Shown here one piece after another: positions 13,560-28,679 of a stretch of DNA of 64,000 bases. The notes under the pieces were generated by a model. It saw nothing but the letters and a program-made list of their open reading frames with translations. It had not been told where the DNA came from and did not search any database. Source of the stretch: Eledone cirrhosa (taxonomy: Eukaryota); contig OZ024746.1 in the NCBI GenBank assembly GCA_964016885.1, positions 7,440,001 through 7,504,000 of the forward strand, read 5' to 3'. Position 1 is the first letter of the stretch, and each line of letters opens with the position of its first letter. The position numbers and the translations under genes are program-made.

Positions 13560-14551
13560 GAAACATAGAGGAAGAATTGACCCTAGTACTTGACTGGTAC
13601 TTTTTTTTATCGACCTGGGAAGGATGGAAGGCAAAGTTGACCTCAACGGGATTTGGAATCAGAGAAAAGAGAGTTGGAGCCAATACCACAAAGTATTCTA
13701 TCTGACGTTCTAGCCACTCTATCATTCTATCTGACGTTCTAGCCACTCTACCATTCTATCTGACATTCTAGCCACTCTACCATTCTATCTGACGTTCTAA
13801 CCACTCTACCATTCTATCTGACGTTCTAACCACTCTACCATTCTATCTGACATTCTAGCCACTCTACCATTCTATCTGACGTTCTACCACTCTACCATTC
13901 TATCTGACATTCTAGCCACTCTACCATTCTATCTGACGTTCTACCACTCTACCATTCTATCTGACGTTCTACCACTCTACCATTATATCTGACGTTCTAA
14001 CCACACTGCCATTCTATCTGACGTTCTACCACTCTACCATTATATCTGACGTTCTAACCACTCTGCCATTCTATCTGACGTTCTAACCACTCTGCCATTC
14101 TATCTGACGTTCTAACCACTCTACCATTCTATCTGACGTTCTAACCACTCTACCATTCTATCTGACGTTCTACCACTCTACCATTCTATCTGACTTTCAA
14201 CCACTCTACCATTCTATCTGACGTTCTAGCCACTCTACCATTCTATCTGACGTTCTAACAACTCTACCATTCTATCTGACGTTCTAACAACTCTACCATT
14301 CTATCTGACGTTCTAACCACTCTACCATTCTATCTGACGTTCTACCATTCTACCATTCTATCTGACGTTCTAACCACTCTACCATTCTATCTGACGTTCT
14401 AGCCACTCTACCATTCTATCTGACGTTCTAACAACTCTACCATTCTATCTGACGTTCTAACAACTCTACCATTCTATCTGACGTTCTAACCACTCTACCA
14501 TTCTATCTGACGTTCTACCACTCTACCATTCTATCTGACGTTCTAACCACT
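13560..14551 (-). repeat. Old family-A SINE whose tRNA head has expanded into a 29-bp minisatellite (13694-14551)
   Basis: SINE core ACTGGTACTTT..ATCGACC..GGCAAAGTTGACCTC runs directly into the unit CATTCTATCTGACGTTCTAACCACTCTAC. Confidence 0.85.
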
Positions 14552-15293
14552 GACAATCGTCTCCTGGGGAATTATAATAGTTTTGAAATTATTCCTAACA
14601 TGAAGTATTTATTGATTCTAACATTGAGAGGTTTATAATATTGATTGTTAACATTGGCCCAAGGCCACACATGTTAACGAGAGGGGGGAGGGGGAGGTCG
14701 ATTAAATTAAGTGATTTACAATATCTGCCTTATATTGTTTACTGGAATATCAGAACGTAGATAAACAAGTACTGTGACGGCTTTTTTTTTTTATTATACA
14801 ACCGTTGCTCTTCTGCTTTTATCTTTTCACAATATTGATGTTGTTCTTTGATTTGGCACGAAGCCATTTTTGTTTTAGTAGTAGAACGTGCAGTCCATTA
14901 AATCGATCACAACATAAATATTGTATCTTATTTTACCGATCCGGGAATATGGTAAAAGTAAAGAACTGTGCTCGGTTTTATTCCATCTCAGAACTGACGG
15001 ACGGAAACATTTCATACTTTAAAGGTCTCAAAATGAAGGACTTAAAAAAGACCCTTATGTCCCGAGGGACAACAAGACCAAAAGTGAGATGGGATGTGAT
15101 TATCCACAAGTTATAATAGTAATCTGCTAAATACTCAATCTTGAAGAGGAAGCTGCAAGTTTATACCACAATATTATGTTATACTCAATAGCTCAAAAAA
15201 TGTTTTTGTGTTGAGATGAGAAAATAAATGACATTTAAGCTTTTGTTTGACAAGAACTTTAGCGTTGTAAATTAAATGAAATATTATATTATA

Positions 15294-15570
15294 TACGAAA
15301 GGGGGTGCTGAAAAGTTCCTGGCTTTAAGGGTATTGTGAAAGGGTAGAGCTGTTACCTTTACAAGGGAGGTAGGACTGTGAAAGGGTAGAGCTGTTACCT
15401 TTACAGGGGAGGTAGGACTGTGAAAGGGTAGAGCTGTTACCTTTAGAGGGGAGGCAGAGCTGTTACCTTTACAGGGGAGGTAGGACCGCTGCAATAACTG
15501 TGTGAATTTGAGAGGGGAATATGTTGAATAATATCATAATTAACTGATCCTCCTGTATTGTCTTTTAACT
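15294..15570 (+). mobile_element. Mariner-derived non-autonomous element with internal 42-bp tandem repeat
   Basis: TACGAAAGGGGGTGCTGAAAAGTT end; transposase C-terminus CVNLRGEYVE*; homologous to 41842-41940 in the opposite orientation. Confidence 0.75.
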
Positions 15571-15585
15571 GATCCTCATGTATGA

Positions 15586-16396
15586 TGAGCCATATCCTAT
15601 GTGGCCCACCTTATAATTATCCACATCCTATGTGGCCCACCTTATAATGAGCCACATCCTATGTGGCCCACCTTATAATGAGCCATATCCTATGTGGCCC
15701 ACCTTATAATGAGCCATATCCTATGTGGCCCACCTTATAATTATCCACATCCTATGTGGTCCACCTTATAATGAGCCATATCCTATGTGGCCCACCTTAT
15801 AATGAGCCATATCCTATGTGGCCCACCTTATAATGAGCCATATCCTATGTGGCCCACCTTATAATGAGCCACATCCTATGTGGCCCACCTTATAATTATC
15901 CACATCCTATGTGGCCCACCTTATAATTATCCACATCCTATGTGGCCCACCTTATAATGAGCCACATCCTATGTGGCCCACCTTATAATGAGCCATATCC
16001 TATGTGGCCCACCTTATAATGAGCCATATCCTATGTGACCCACCTTATAATGAGCCACATCCTATGTGGCCCACCTTATAATTATCCACATCCTATGTGG
16101 CCCACCTTATAATTATCCACATCCTATGTGGCCCACCTTATAATGAGCCACATCCTATGTGGCCCACCTTATAATTATCCACATCCTATGTGGCCCACCT
16201 TATAATGAGCCACATCCTATGTGGCCCACCTTATAATGAGCCACATCCTATGTGGCCCACCTTATAATGAGCCACATCCTATGTGGCCCACCTTATAATT
16301 ATCCACATCCTATGTGGCCCACCTTATAATGAGCCATATCCTATGTGGTCCACCCTATGATGACCCACTGCTCCGAAAATGTTGTTCATGCCTGGA
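15586..16396. repeat. 31-bp minisatellite (ATAATGAGCCATATCCTATGTGGCCCACCTT) ending in a degenerate hAT-MITE terminus
   Basis: Period 31; unit resembles ATGATGAGCCATATCTCATGCGGCC at about 56131; followed by TGTTGTTCATGCCTG. Confidence 0.9.
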
Positions 16397-16778
16397 CTAG
16401 AGTATGTAGAAGATATTGCGAATAAATTGTACGAACGTCCTTTAAGCAATCAATGAATTTTTCTCTATAAAATAATCTAACTCCAGCTGTTATTATCCAG
16501 AAAGTAGGGTCTCAGTCGAAAGTAACACACAACATACACTAAACAGGTTAGTTCATGTTAAACAGCTCTACTTGGTCCTAGCAATGCTTTAAGGCTTCCT
16601 TCATATTTTCTCACGTTTTCTCTCATGTTCTTTTACTCTTCTAACATGAAGTGACAGGTGACAGCACATCTCTACAGAAACTGACATTGATCATTTCTGT
16701 TGAAAAACTGTGGACACAACATAGCTGAATGGTTAAGATGTACGCCTCGCAATCAATTGGTCTGGGGTTCGATCTTGT

Positions 16779-16811
<33 letters not shown>

Positions 16812-17039
16812 TTATATGTGTGTGTGTGTGTAAGAGGTAAACAGAAAAAGCAAAGTAAACGACACAGTACATTGAAGAAATATATTTGCTTAATGCTTGA
16901 AATAGCAAGAAAAGGTCTAATCCTTCATCCGAAGAAAGTGTTAAAAATAGAATATAAAATAGAAAAAATAAAGAGTGAGAAGGAATTGTAAAAAAACACA
17001 CGTGCGTTTCCAATCAGCCATTGGTGGTGGTGGTGGTGG

Positions 17040-17243
17040 TTTGGGGGAATTTGGATAATTTAGTTGTAGTGTTTTGTTTTAACTCTTTGCACTCTAAATT
17101 GGTCAGAAAACGTCGATGTGTGACAAACATAACATTACATAAATTGTAGCACATATCCTAATAGATGTGTTTTGGTAGTTTGGGGAAATATAATTATTGG
17201 AGGGGTGGGGGATGTTCCCCCAACCAGTTCCACCGCCCCTGTA
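17040..17243. mobile_element. MITE-like dispersed repeat (CAGGGGCGGTGGAACTGG end); inverted homolog at 59182-59417, end fragments near 17620 and 34680
   Basis: Reverse-complement similarity between copies; shared terminus CAGTTCCACCGCCCCTG. Confidence 0.65.
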
Positions 17244-17929
17244 TATATATAATTAAAAGAATTTTTGATCTGTGCCCTTTCCTAAGCCATAATAAATGAA
17301 TGCTTAAACTCTACGTTGGTATTGAGTTTTTATTGACGTCCGTCAATAATTCACGTACTCTCAGGTCTTGAATAATCGTCCCCACCTCCCGCTTATTAAT
17401 TTGTCAGATTTTTCCACCACCAGCCCCTGGTTTTTATTCCACCCCCACCTACCACCTACCTACATTTTACTAATCTATATCCGGCGAAATGTTATTGTGA
17501 TTCATTTTGATACAGCCGCTGGAGAAGCTAATAATTTTATTTTACATTAAAAAAACCCAAAAGAAGAACATTACAAGAAATCCCATATTTACCAACGTAC
17601 ACTATACTATTACTGATTCCCCCCCCCCCAGTTCCACCGCCCCTGATGTACACACACACTACACACACATATATATCGTGTTTCCCCTATTATAATCCCC
17701 ACCCCGAAACTAAAACCTAGCGTAACTTTGCGAGAAATATTAATATAAATATTAATATAAATATTAATATCAAACGTAGATTTCCAGGGTCTTGCTGATT
17801 ACTAATATAATAAATTATTTCAATGATATTGTTTTTAACTCTATAATAAAAACCCTTTATTTTTCACATTAGTATAATGTTTTATCAAAATTGTTGTTAA
17901 TATAAACCCTTCCGACGATTTGTTCGTGA

Positions 17930-17963
17930 TGAGAGGAGTTCTCCAACCGAGGTTCCACTGTAT
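17930..17963 (-). mobile_element. pogo/Tigger-like terminal repeat (TA|CAGTGGAACCTCGGTT)
   Basis: Reverse complement of AACCGAGGTTCCACTGTA. Confidence 0.45.
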
Positions 17964-18273
17964 ATTTCTTTTGTTTAAAAGGAGGGGAGGGGGTCACTCA
18001 ACAAATGTTGGTGTGGAGGGGGGGGGGGTCACTCAACAAATGTTGGTGTGGAGGGGGGGGGGGGGGTCACTCAACAAATGTTGGTGTGGAGAAATTGGAA
18101 GTGGATAGAGAATAAAATAAAATAACTATTTACCAATTGATAAAAGAAGGTTACAGGGTACTTTGTTATGAAAGGAACTGAATATAGACTCCATAAAAAG
18201 TCTTTGTGAGAAAGTTCTTTTGTAAAGTGTTATGGTGGAAGAAAACTGTCATTCATTAATTTTACTTTTACAT

Positions 18274-18462
18274 AAGCGGTGGATTGGCAGTATCGGTAGA
18301 GGATCGGACGCCATTCTTTGACGCATAGAGTTACGGCCCTTGCCATTCTGAGTTCAAATCCCGCCGAGGTTAACTTTGCCTTTCATCCTTACGGGGTCGA
18401 TAAAATAAAGTACCAGTAATGTACTGGGTAATTGCTGGCCTTGTGCCAAAAGTAGAAACAAT
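18274..18462 (+). mobile_element. SINE family A, full length
   Basis: A and B boxes, Nin-like core, tail ATTGCTGGCCTTGTGCC; imperfect TSD ATTAATTTTAC-TTTACATA. Confidence 0.9.
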
Positions 18463-19052
18463 TAATTTTACATTTACATAGACTCTCGGGTCTCAAATAA
18501 TCCTCCCTCCACCACTAATATATTTCCGGCGAAATATTATTTTAAGTCGTAGCATACCTGCGACGATTAATTTTCTTTATGCATTAAAAAACATTATACA
18601 TGACAAAAAAAGTACATTACTAGAAATCCCATATGTTATAAAATAAATAGGATGGGTTGGGGTTCCAATATGTAAATTAAACGATCAATTCTGGTTTTTT
18701 AAAACTCAACGGAGAAAACCTAGAAACATGACGGAGGCAAATGGACCATTTGCCTCCATCATGGATCAACTAAGCACTCTTGCCATAATAACACATTTTG
18801 ATCTGCTTATCTTCAAGAACTATGCCTGTAAATAACATTATTTTTTCTTTCACATTGCCTTATTATATTCCACATTACGCTCCTTTTTTTCTTTTTTCTT
18901 TTCACTTCATAAACCTTGTTTGTAAATAACATTATTCTTTCTGCACCATTTCTTTAACATGTCCAACACCCCCATTCTACACCAATACATATTATTATCA
19001 TTTGATAATGCATAAAAATGCTGAAACCGGTAATAGACAATTATTAAATATA

Positions 19053-19087
<35 letters not shown>

Positions 19088-19247
19088 ATGCCATTGTTAA
19101 TTAATAAATAAATCAACTAATACCTTAACACTTCACACAAAGTAAAATATTTCGTTTTAATCATTTTCTAACCCAGAAAAAAGAGAGAGAAAAATAAAAA
19201 GGAAAAAAATATATTTTTCTTCCTAATAATCGTCTCTTTCTCCCTGT

Positions 19248-19393
<146 letters not shown>

Positions 19394-19461
19394 TCTAACT
19401 CGTGTGCTTCCTCTCCACATTTTATTATTATTATATATATATAATAATAATAAAAATAATA

Positions 19462-19696
<235 letters not shown>

Positions 19697-19916
19697 GTTT
19701 AATGGATTAAAGAAACTTTGAGTTTCATAAGAGGGGGTGGGGTGACTTCACTGGTGGCTGATGCTTTTATAATAATTCAAATCTTTACAATAAGTCTTTA
19801 TTGATATCAAGGAACTTCCTTTATTTTCGAATATATATATATTATTTGTTTGCTAAAATAATCAAATTAAACTAATTCAACAGTTCAACAGTGAAAATTC
19901 ATACTTATAAGCCTAC

Positions 19917-19955
<39 letters not shown>

Positions 19956-20049
19956 GAGGTTATATTTAATTTGTTGGGATTCAACAAGCTTAAACATTTT
20001 TATAACTGATATAAAGCACTCAACAATATTTATTTATAAAACAAATCTG

Positions 20050-20115
20050 TATTTTATCTGATGAAAGCGCACCATAATTTGCCTTGGTTGCCCTTGAAAT
20101 ATATATAATAAAATA
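20050..20115 (+). ncRNA. Type I hammerhead ribozyme motif, same family as 7473-7535
   Basis: TATTTTAT CTGATGA(20058) aagcgcacca..tggttgccctt GAAA(20096) TATATA TA ATAAAATA. Confidence 0.8.
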
Positions 20116-20406
20116 AATATGGTTTTATAAATATAGTTTCCATTTATTAATATATATTGTGTATATATATATATATATATATATAGTTATTCTGATGGTT
20201 TCATTAGGCATACATTGTATTTAAAATTGAGTGATGCAACTTCAAGTGATTAGCAATTTTTAGACAACTTAATCAATGAAACAATTGTTGATACTGTAAG
20301 TAAAACCCTTTTTGTACTGTTGGCCATGTTATTCTTCACTCTTTCACTATATATATATATATATATATATAACCTGTAAACCATGTTTCATTTCTGTTGC
20401 TTCCTC

Positions 20407-20471
<65 letters not shown>

Positions 20472-20770
20472 ATGTTTGAATCTACTATGATTTGGGCTCA
20501 CAACACCACACCCTCTACCTCACATCACCCTCCACCCCAGCTTCCACCTCAACTCACCCACCCCACCCTCTACCTCAACCCACCCTCAACTCTCCCTCAC
20601 CCCACCCTCCACCTCACCTTCTGCTACCTGGACAGTCATCAAAAAGAACCTTAACTCTCGAAGACTTATTTCTCTGTTTTATACTCCTTATGGGCTGAGG
20701 ACTCTATTGTGTAGAGAGCTTCTCTCACCTGACCAATAATAATATTGAAGTACTCCACTATAATCACCGT

Positions 20771-20833
<63 letters not shown>

Positions 20834-21054
20834 AAAAGTCAAATAGTAATAACAAATCAAACGATGTCCTGAAATAAATTCCTATGAAACCAACTTCGTG
20901 GCCAGTTAATCCCCCGTGAGTTGGAAAGGGTAACAATAAGGAACATATCTCTTCAAAGAAGGATGTTAAGGGACGAATATATAGATGTGGTCACCTTCCC
21001 AGATCCCAGTGGAATACTTAACGAAACATGTATAGAATAACACACACACAGAGT

Positions 21055-23355
21055 TGATAAAGTACCAGTAATGTACTGGGACCAGTATAATCCACTCCTC
21101 CGCCCCAAACTGTTGGCCTTGTGTCTAAATCAGAAACCATTATGTCAACAGTCTTCTATAAACCATTATGTCAACAGTCTTCTATAAACCATGTCAATAG
21201 TCTTCTATAAACAATGTCAACAGTCTTCTATAAACTATTATGTCAACAGTCTTCTATAAACCATTATGTCAACAGTCTTCTATAAACTATGTCAACAGTC
21301 TTCTCTAAACCATTATGTCAACAGTCTTCTATAAACTATGTCAACAGTCTTCTATAAACCATGTCAACAGTCTTCTATAAACCATTATGTCAACAGTCTT
21401 CTATAAACTATGTCAACAGTCTTCTATAAACCATGTCAACAGTCTTCTATAAACCATTATGTCAACAGTCTTCTATAAACTATTATGTCAACAGTCTTCT
21501 ATAAACTATGTCAACAGTCTTCTCTAAACCATTATGTCAACAGTCTTCTATAAACTATGTCAACAGTCTTCTATAAACCATGTCAACAGTCTTCTATAAA
21601 CCATTATGTCAACAGTCTTCTATAAACTATATCAACAGTCTTCTATAAACCATGTCAACAGTCTTCTATAAACCATTATGTCAACAGTCTTCTATAAACT
21701 ATGTCAACAGTCTTCTATAAACCATGTCAACAGTCTTCTATAAACTATGTCAACAGTCTTCTCTAAACCATTATGTCAACAGTCTTCTATAAACCATTAT
21801 GTCAATAGTCTTCTATAAACTATGTCAACAGTCTTCTATAAACTATGTCAACAGTCTTCTCTAAACCATTATGTCAACAGTCTTCTACAAACTATGTCAA
21901 CAGTCTTCTATAAACTATGTCAACAGTCTTCTCTAAACCATTATGTCAACAGTCTTCTATAAACTATGTCAACAGTCTTCTCTAAACCATTATGTCAACA
22001 GTCTTCTATAAACTATATCAACAGTCTTCTATAAACTATGTCAACAGTCTTCTCTAAACCACTATGTCAACAGTGTTCTATAAACCATTATGTCAACAGT
22101 CTTCTATAAACTATGTCAACAGTCTTCTATAAACTATGTCAACAGTCTTCTATAAACTATGTCAACAGTCTTCTATAAACTGTCAACAGTCTTCTCTAAA
22201 CCATTATGTCAATAGTCCTCTATAGACTATGTCAACAGTCTTCTCTAAACCACTATGTCAACAGTCTTCTATAAACCATTATGTCAATAGTCTTCTATAA
22301 ACTATGTCAACAGTCTTTTATAAACCATTATGTCAACAGTCTTCTATAAACTATGTCAACAGTCTTCTATAAACCATTATGTCAACAGTCTTCTATAAAC
22401 TATGTCAACAGTCTTCTATAAACTATGTCAACAGTCTTCTCTAAACCATTATGTCAACAGTCTTCTATAAACTATGTCAACAGTCTTCTATAAACTATGT
22501 CAACAGTCTTCTATAAACCATTATGTCAACAGTCTTCTATAAACTATGTCAACAGTCTTCTATAAACTATGTCAACAGTCTTCTATAAACCATTATGTCA
22601 ACAGTCTTCTATAAACTATGTCAACAGTCTTCTATAAACTATGTCAACAGTCTTCTCTAAACCATTATGTCAACAGTCTTCTATAAACTATGTCAACAGT
22701 CTTCTATAAACTATGTCAACAGTCTTCTCTAAACCATTATGTCAACAGTCTTCTATAAACTATGTCAACAGTCTTCTATAAACTATGTCAACAGTCTTCT
22801 CTAAACCATTATGTCAACAGTCTTCTATAAACTATGTCAACAGTCTTCTATAAACTATGTCAACAGTCTTCTTTAAACCATTATGTCAACAGTCTTCTAT
22901 AAACTATGTCAACAGTCTTCTATAAACTATGTCAACAGTCTTCTATAAACCATTATGTCAACAGTCTTCTATAAACTATGTCAACCGTCTTCTATAAACT
23001 ATGTCAACAGTCTTCTATAAACCATTATGTCAACAGTCTTCTATAAACTATGTCAACAGTCTTCTATAAACCATTATGTCAACAGTCTTCTATAAACTAT
23101 GTCAACAGTCTTCTATAAACTATGTCAACAGTCTTCTATAAACTATGTCAACAGTCTTCTATAAACTATGTCAACAGTCTTCTCTAAACCATTATGTCAA
23201 CAGTCTTCTCTAAACCACTATGTCAACAGTGTTCTATAAACCATTATGTCAACAGTCTTCTATAAACCATTATGTCAACAGTCTTCTATAAACTATGTCA
23301 ACAGTCTTCTCTAAACCATTATGTCAATAGTCCTCTATAGACTATTATGTCAACA
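21055..23355. repeat. SINE 3' fragment (21055-21140) running into a 23/26-bp minisatellite (AAAC[CAT]TATGTCAACAGTCTTCTAT)
   Basis: Array starts at SINE tail AGAAACCATT; 72-bp (26+23+23) higher-order period around 22440-22950. Confidence 0.93.
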
Positions 23356-23539
23356 ATCTTTATTGTAATAGCAACTCCTTATCTTCATCCAGATCCTCTC
23401 CAGCTGGATGAGGGATTCTTATTTTCCTTTATTTTATCATCTATCTTTCTTTCTTTATCATTCTTCTTTCTCCTATTCTTTTTTCTGTCGTTCTTTCTGT
23501 CTTTCTTTCTTTTATCATTCTTCTTTCTCGTATTCCTCT

Positions 23540-23624
<85 letters not shown>

Positions 23625-23960
23625 TCTCTCTCCTTCTCTCTCTCTCTCCCCCCTCTCTCTCTCTCCCTCTGTCTCTCCTTCTTCCTGCTATAAGCCGTAA
23701 CCAGACAATTTTTCTCGTTATTAACGTTTCTTTTCAAAAGAGTTTATAACGGCGAGGTAAAAGATTACCCTGTGAATCTCACCAAAGGTCATCAGTGAAA
23801 GATGAACTCTGGATAGATAAAGGAGATAAAGGGATTGAAGAGATAATAGAAATATTTAAAGGTGAAATACCTTGTAATCAGACCGAGGGAATCCTATAGA
23901 CAGGAATGCTTATCTGCAGCTACACAACAGCTTAGCGTCTTTATATATATACTGTATCTT

Positions 23961-24018
<58 letters not shown>

Positions 24019-24480
24019 TAATGGAAGTACAGCATAATCAAAGCTCTGGCTGCGGCTAAGCTAACGAATGCAATCGGAATGTGCAGCTAAGCACTCAATA
24101 AGGTATTTTACTTTAGAGTAATAACATTACGTTTAGACAGCTTTGCAAATTGAAGATTGCGACCGGTAAGCCAGCTGCAGGGACCAAAGCAACGAGAAAA
24201 CTGACTCAGGATAATTTGACAAACGTAAACCATCGCGTCGATATTATGCAATATCTCCGCTAGGCTTCTGTGAATCCGAAATCAACAAAATCCACTTGCG
24301 GGGCATGCAAGTTATTGGTTTTGAAAGATCGAACAGAGGATTCACTTTCTCAACAGGTATCCGTTCTCAGCCGCGCCGGTAGTGAATTTTAGCAGTAAAC
24401 ACTGCTGGTGGTCACATGGTTTTCCCAAAGGGAGGTAACCCCCAGTTTATGGTGGTCAAAATTAAAGTTTTGGGGGAGAG

Positions 24481-24647
24481 AGTCAGGACCCCGACGGCTG
24501 AGCTCCGGCCGTTTCGACAGCTAGATCTGCATTCGGATCTAGCTGTCGAAACGGCCGGAGCTCCTATTACCCACTCTACTACCCTAAGTATTGAGTACTT
24601 TGGTGCGTTATGGTCCACCTGGTTCCTTACCACATTTCCTCCGTTAT
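24481..24647 (+). mobile_element. Foldback element family F1 (28-bp perfect inverted arms 24500-24527/24536-24563 plus body)
   Basis: Homologous to 37623-37825, 59051-59180 and diverged 26225-26340; carries GAAACGGC..GCCGTC HHR 3' half. Confidence 0.75.
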
Positions 24648-24842
24648 ATATATATATATTATATATAGAGAGAGAGAGAGAGAGAGATCGAACCAGATAA
24701 GCATGTCCATACCAGATGTTTCTAATCACTGCTACTGTTCGTATTGTCAATACGATCATCCGGAGTCTTTAAGAAGTCAATTAAGTTGGTGAGTTACCTC
24801 TTCCTTTCATCTTTTGCTGTCATCCTGAATATCTCTCTCTCT

Positions 24843-24918
<76 letters not shown>

Positions 24919-25087
24919 CTGACTGTCAATCTGTCTCTATGCGTTTGTATATAACGTATGTGTATTCTCTGTGTATGTGTGTATATGTGTCTGTATGTGT
25001 ATGTGTGAGTGTGTAATAAATCTTATCCTAGCAGATATTTGATATTCCGTCTATGATAGTTTAAAGTAGCGTTAGAGTTGGTGTTAC

Positions 25088-25159
25088 CGTCTGATAACTT
25101 CCACACTGACGGCTGTAATATTTCACTGACTTAGGACAAGATTTCAGAGAACAAAATGT
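25088..25159 (-). CDS. Candidate internal exon (TFCSLKSCPKSVKYYSRQCGSYQT), phase 0-0
   Basis: CCTTGGCAG acceptor, GTAACA donor, 72 nt with no stop. Confidence 0.4.
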
Positions 25160-25221
25160 CTGCCAAGGCATCATTGAGGAGAGGATAATTGATTTGGAAT
25201 TTAAAAAAATGTAAATAATAA

Positions 25222-25440
25222 TAGTTTCTAGTTTTGGTACAAGGCCAGCAATTTGAAGGGAGGGGAAAAGTTGATTAAATCGACTGCAGTACATTACTGG
25301 TACTTTATTTTATCGATCTCATAAGGATGAAAGGCTAAGTTGAACCCGGTAGGATTTGAACTGAGAAGGTAAAGGGCCGTAAACAAGTAGTAGGAAGGAT
25401 GTTGACCTGCGCTCTACCGATTCTGCCAATGCACCGCCCT
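25222..25440 (-). mobile_element. SINE family A
   Basis: Reverse complement of head, core and tail. Confidence 0.85.
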
Positions 25441-25774
25441 TATATATAACTAGCAGAAAAACGACCAAATATACACATATACACACACACACATACACGC
25501 ACTCACACACATTCATGCATACACAAACATACACAAACATATACATACGCATACACATACACACGCATTCATGCATACACAAACATACACAAACATATAC
25601 ATACGCATACACATACACACGCATTCATGCATACACAGGCATACACATACACACACAAACATACACAGACATACACACACACACGCAAAGTGAGATTTAA
25701 AAAAAAGTGGATCAGACATAGAAAATGTCTACATCAGCAGAAATTCATGGCAACACATCGCCAACATCTCTCTC

Positions 25775-25833
<59 letters not shown>

Positions 25834-25903
25834 CACACACACACACACACACACTCATTCTTTCTGTTCTATCTGTCTCTCTTGTCCTCCCTCTCTCTGT
25901 CTC

Positions 25904-25978
<75 letters not shown>

Positions 25979-26041
25979 CAAACAAACAAACATTGATATA
26001 ACTGATACACTATACAGGAAGTGGAATGTTCTGACGCCTAC

Positions 26042-26134
26042 CGGAAGTGGTATGGACACTGATGCTGACTTAGATGAGATGTTTTCAGAACTCCTTCTTT
26101 TCAATGAACTCTTATCATTTAGACATCTTTCTTG
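26042..26134 (-). CDS. Candidate internal exon (QERCLNDKSSLKRRSSENISSKSASVSIPLP), phase 0-0
   Basis: TTTTCAG acceptor, GTAGGC donor, 93 nt with no stop. Confidence 0.5.
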
Positions 26135-26523
26135 CTGAAAATTGCCAACTTTAAAAGGGGACGAGCGAATTTTCTTTTTTCTCCCTCATTTCTTCATAAA
26201 TTTTCACCTAGTTCCAAACAGCAAGGGCTCAAACGTCGGGGTCCCTATTCCTTATAATATAACCATACTCAACTACCCCAAGTATCGAGTACTCTGGTGA
26301 GAAATGGTTTAACAAGTTTCATACTGAATCCATCCTGATTTTATATATATATATATATATACAGGATTTTTTCATTCTGATGATTGAAGACAAATTTTGT
26401 TTGCTTTCAAGAAACCACTGGTATATGAAATAATTATCTTATGTTGTTTATTACATAACTCTTAAGCTCTGTAACCTACATAGAGCACTCTTTTTTCCTG
26501 GACTTTTCCGACGGAATTACTTC

Positions 26524-26580
<57 letters not shown>

Positions 26581-26667
26581 GTAATAATAATAAATTTGAA
26601 GACTAAAATCCAAAGAGGGCTCGATAAGATAAATATATATCAAATATATAAGAACCGTAGAGCAAAT

Positions 26668-27980
26668 ATTTATTAAAATAACAGATTAAAGTTTAAGCAA
26701 AGAATCGCTGCTTTCACCCTTAACGGGATCTTCTGAAACTAACAAAGTCAATCTGTAAACGCAGAAGTGGATATTTCAAAAAACGTTGCAACCGGAGAAA
26801 GACAGGAAGACGATACTTTGGTTCGTGGAAACGTTCCCTGGCAAAGAACAGGAAAAAACGAATATAATACGTCATTAATAGGAGCGGTGAAAACAATTAC
26901 GTGCAAGGACAGAACCCCGTTTATGGTATAAAAGAAGTCGTAGACTAATGTTCTCTAAGTGGTGCATAGAGACGCTCTCTGGCAATGAACGGAAAAAACG
27001 AAGTTAATACGTCATATGTGGAGCGTGGAGAACAATTGTAAGCAAAGATAAAACCACGTAAATGGTATAGCTGAAGTCGTAGACTAAATTCTAACTAGAA
27101 AACCGAATGAATCTCCGCTTCAGAGTTAAGAATAAAGTAAATAAATACAATACAGAGGTAATAGAAATTAAATAAATGCATACACGCATGCAAATACGTA
27201 CATACACAAGCATACGCGAAAACACTTGCCATAGGTATACAAAACCACGCACATATAAATATGTGTGTGTGTGTGTGTGCGTGTATACAAATAAATAAAT
27301 AATTAAATAAACCTATATAAATAAATAAATACGTATATAACAAGCGCACACACATACCTACATGTAAATACACAAATGTTCGGAGACGTAACTCAACCAA
27401 AACATGAAGTACACATATACACACACCCTACATACGTACGAACCTACATACTCACGCAGACGCAAAACTCCCGTATACACATAACCAAACCATATGTACC
27501 AGAATATATAGAAAATTTATACGCCATAACATAATCAATCAAATATACGTATGAGAAAGTATACGTACCTTCACAAAACATACAGGTAATATATATACTT
27601 ACCTATGCAAATAAGTAATGGTATAAACAAAACATATACTTAGCTACCCCATCAAGACGTAAAATATCCACGTATAGATCGTACTATCCGTTAGGGTATA
27701 ATGTGGGGCTGTATGTAATGTAATACAGGAAAGTTTTGTGCAATTTATGTTTACAAGCCGAAATTGCCTCATATTTTTTGTTTAAGATGTGGTCTGTGGC
27801 GTAGAGTATTTCCAGGGCCTCAGCGGCGCAGAGGTCACATGGTCTTTTATTTCCGTTATACGATCTAGCCCTAGCTAGGATCTTCCAGTGTAACTTAAAT
27901 TGGGTGTGGTTGTCTTTTAGACTCCAGATATAAGCTGAAAGTGACGACGTCACTTTCAGCTTATATCTGGGTTCCTCCAA
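26668..27980 (-). mobile_element. Second Penelope-like element 3' end: GIY-YIG C-terminus (27684-27980) plus pLTR-like region (26668-27128)
   Basis: SLSAYIWSLK..WKILARARSY..CDLC..LNKKYEAISACKHK is the typical Penelope C-terminus; HHR-like motif at 26690-26740. Confidence 0.85.
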
Positions 27981-28068
27981 TACGATTAGATTAGATTAAT
28001 CTAGAATTCGAATCGAGAATTTAAAAGGTTGACATTTCTGAAATGAAATATTAATTATCTTCTTTCAC

Positions 28069-28141
28069 CCGGCGGTTGTTAGGGCAAGATGTATTTTCTT
28101 GGGCTCTGCTTGAGTCAGCAGCAACACACAACCACGTGTTG
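28069..28141 (-). CDS. Weak candidate exon (NTWLCVAADSSRAQENTSCPNNRR), phase 2-0
   Basis: Strong acceptor TTTTTTCTTTCCTTGTGTGTAG; weak donor GTGAAA; phase compatible with 26134. Confidence 0.3.
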
Positions 28142-28460
28142 CTACACACAAGGAAAGAAAAAAATGATGAGACCAATAGAGATATGTACATTTATATCTA
28201 AATATCGTTATTATCATTTACAGATGTTCCTCTGTGTTTAATGTAAAACACATGTTCATTAGTATATGTGTTGTTATTTCCGTTTACATTTTACATACAT
28301 ATATATCAACGCTTACGTGGATCTCTCAAAATTCGTTGGATTTTCACCCCGAAACTGGATACCAACCCTGTGTACACCTGAACTTCCACCATAAAATCTT
28401 TCATACCATTGAAATTTTCTTTGCTTCTCATATATTATATTATATTATATTATATTATAT

Positions 28461-28502
<42 letters not shown>

Positions 28503-28576
28503 ATAAATTAACGGAACCATAGACTCGTTATTCCCTGTCAATAATGTGCTCAAAGGAAAAGGAATCCTGAGCTCTT

Positions 28577-28607
28577 TAAAATACAATATGTTGAAAGGGT
28601 AACACAC

Positions 28608-28679
<72 letters not shown>

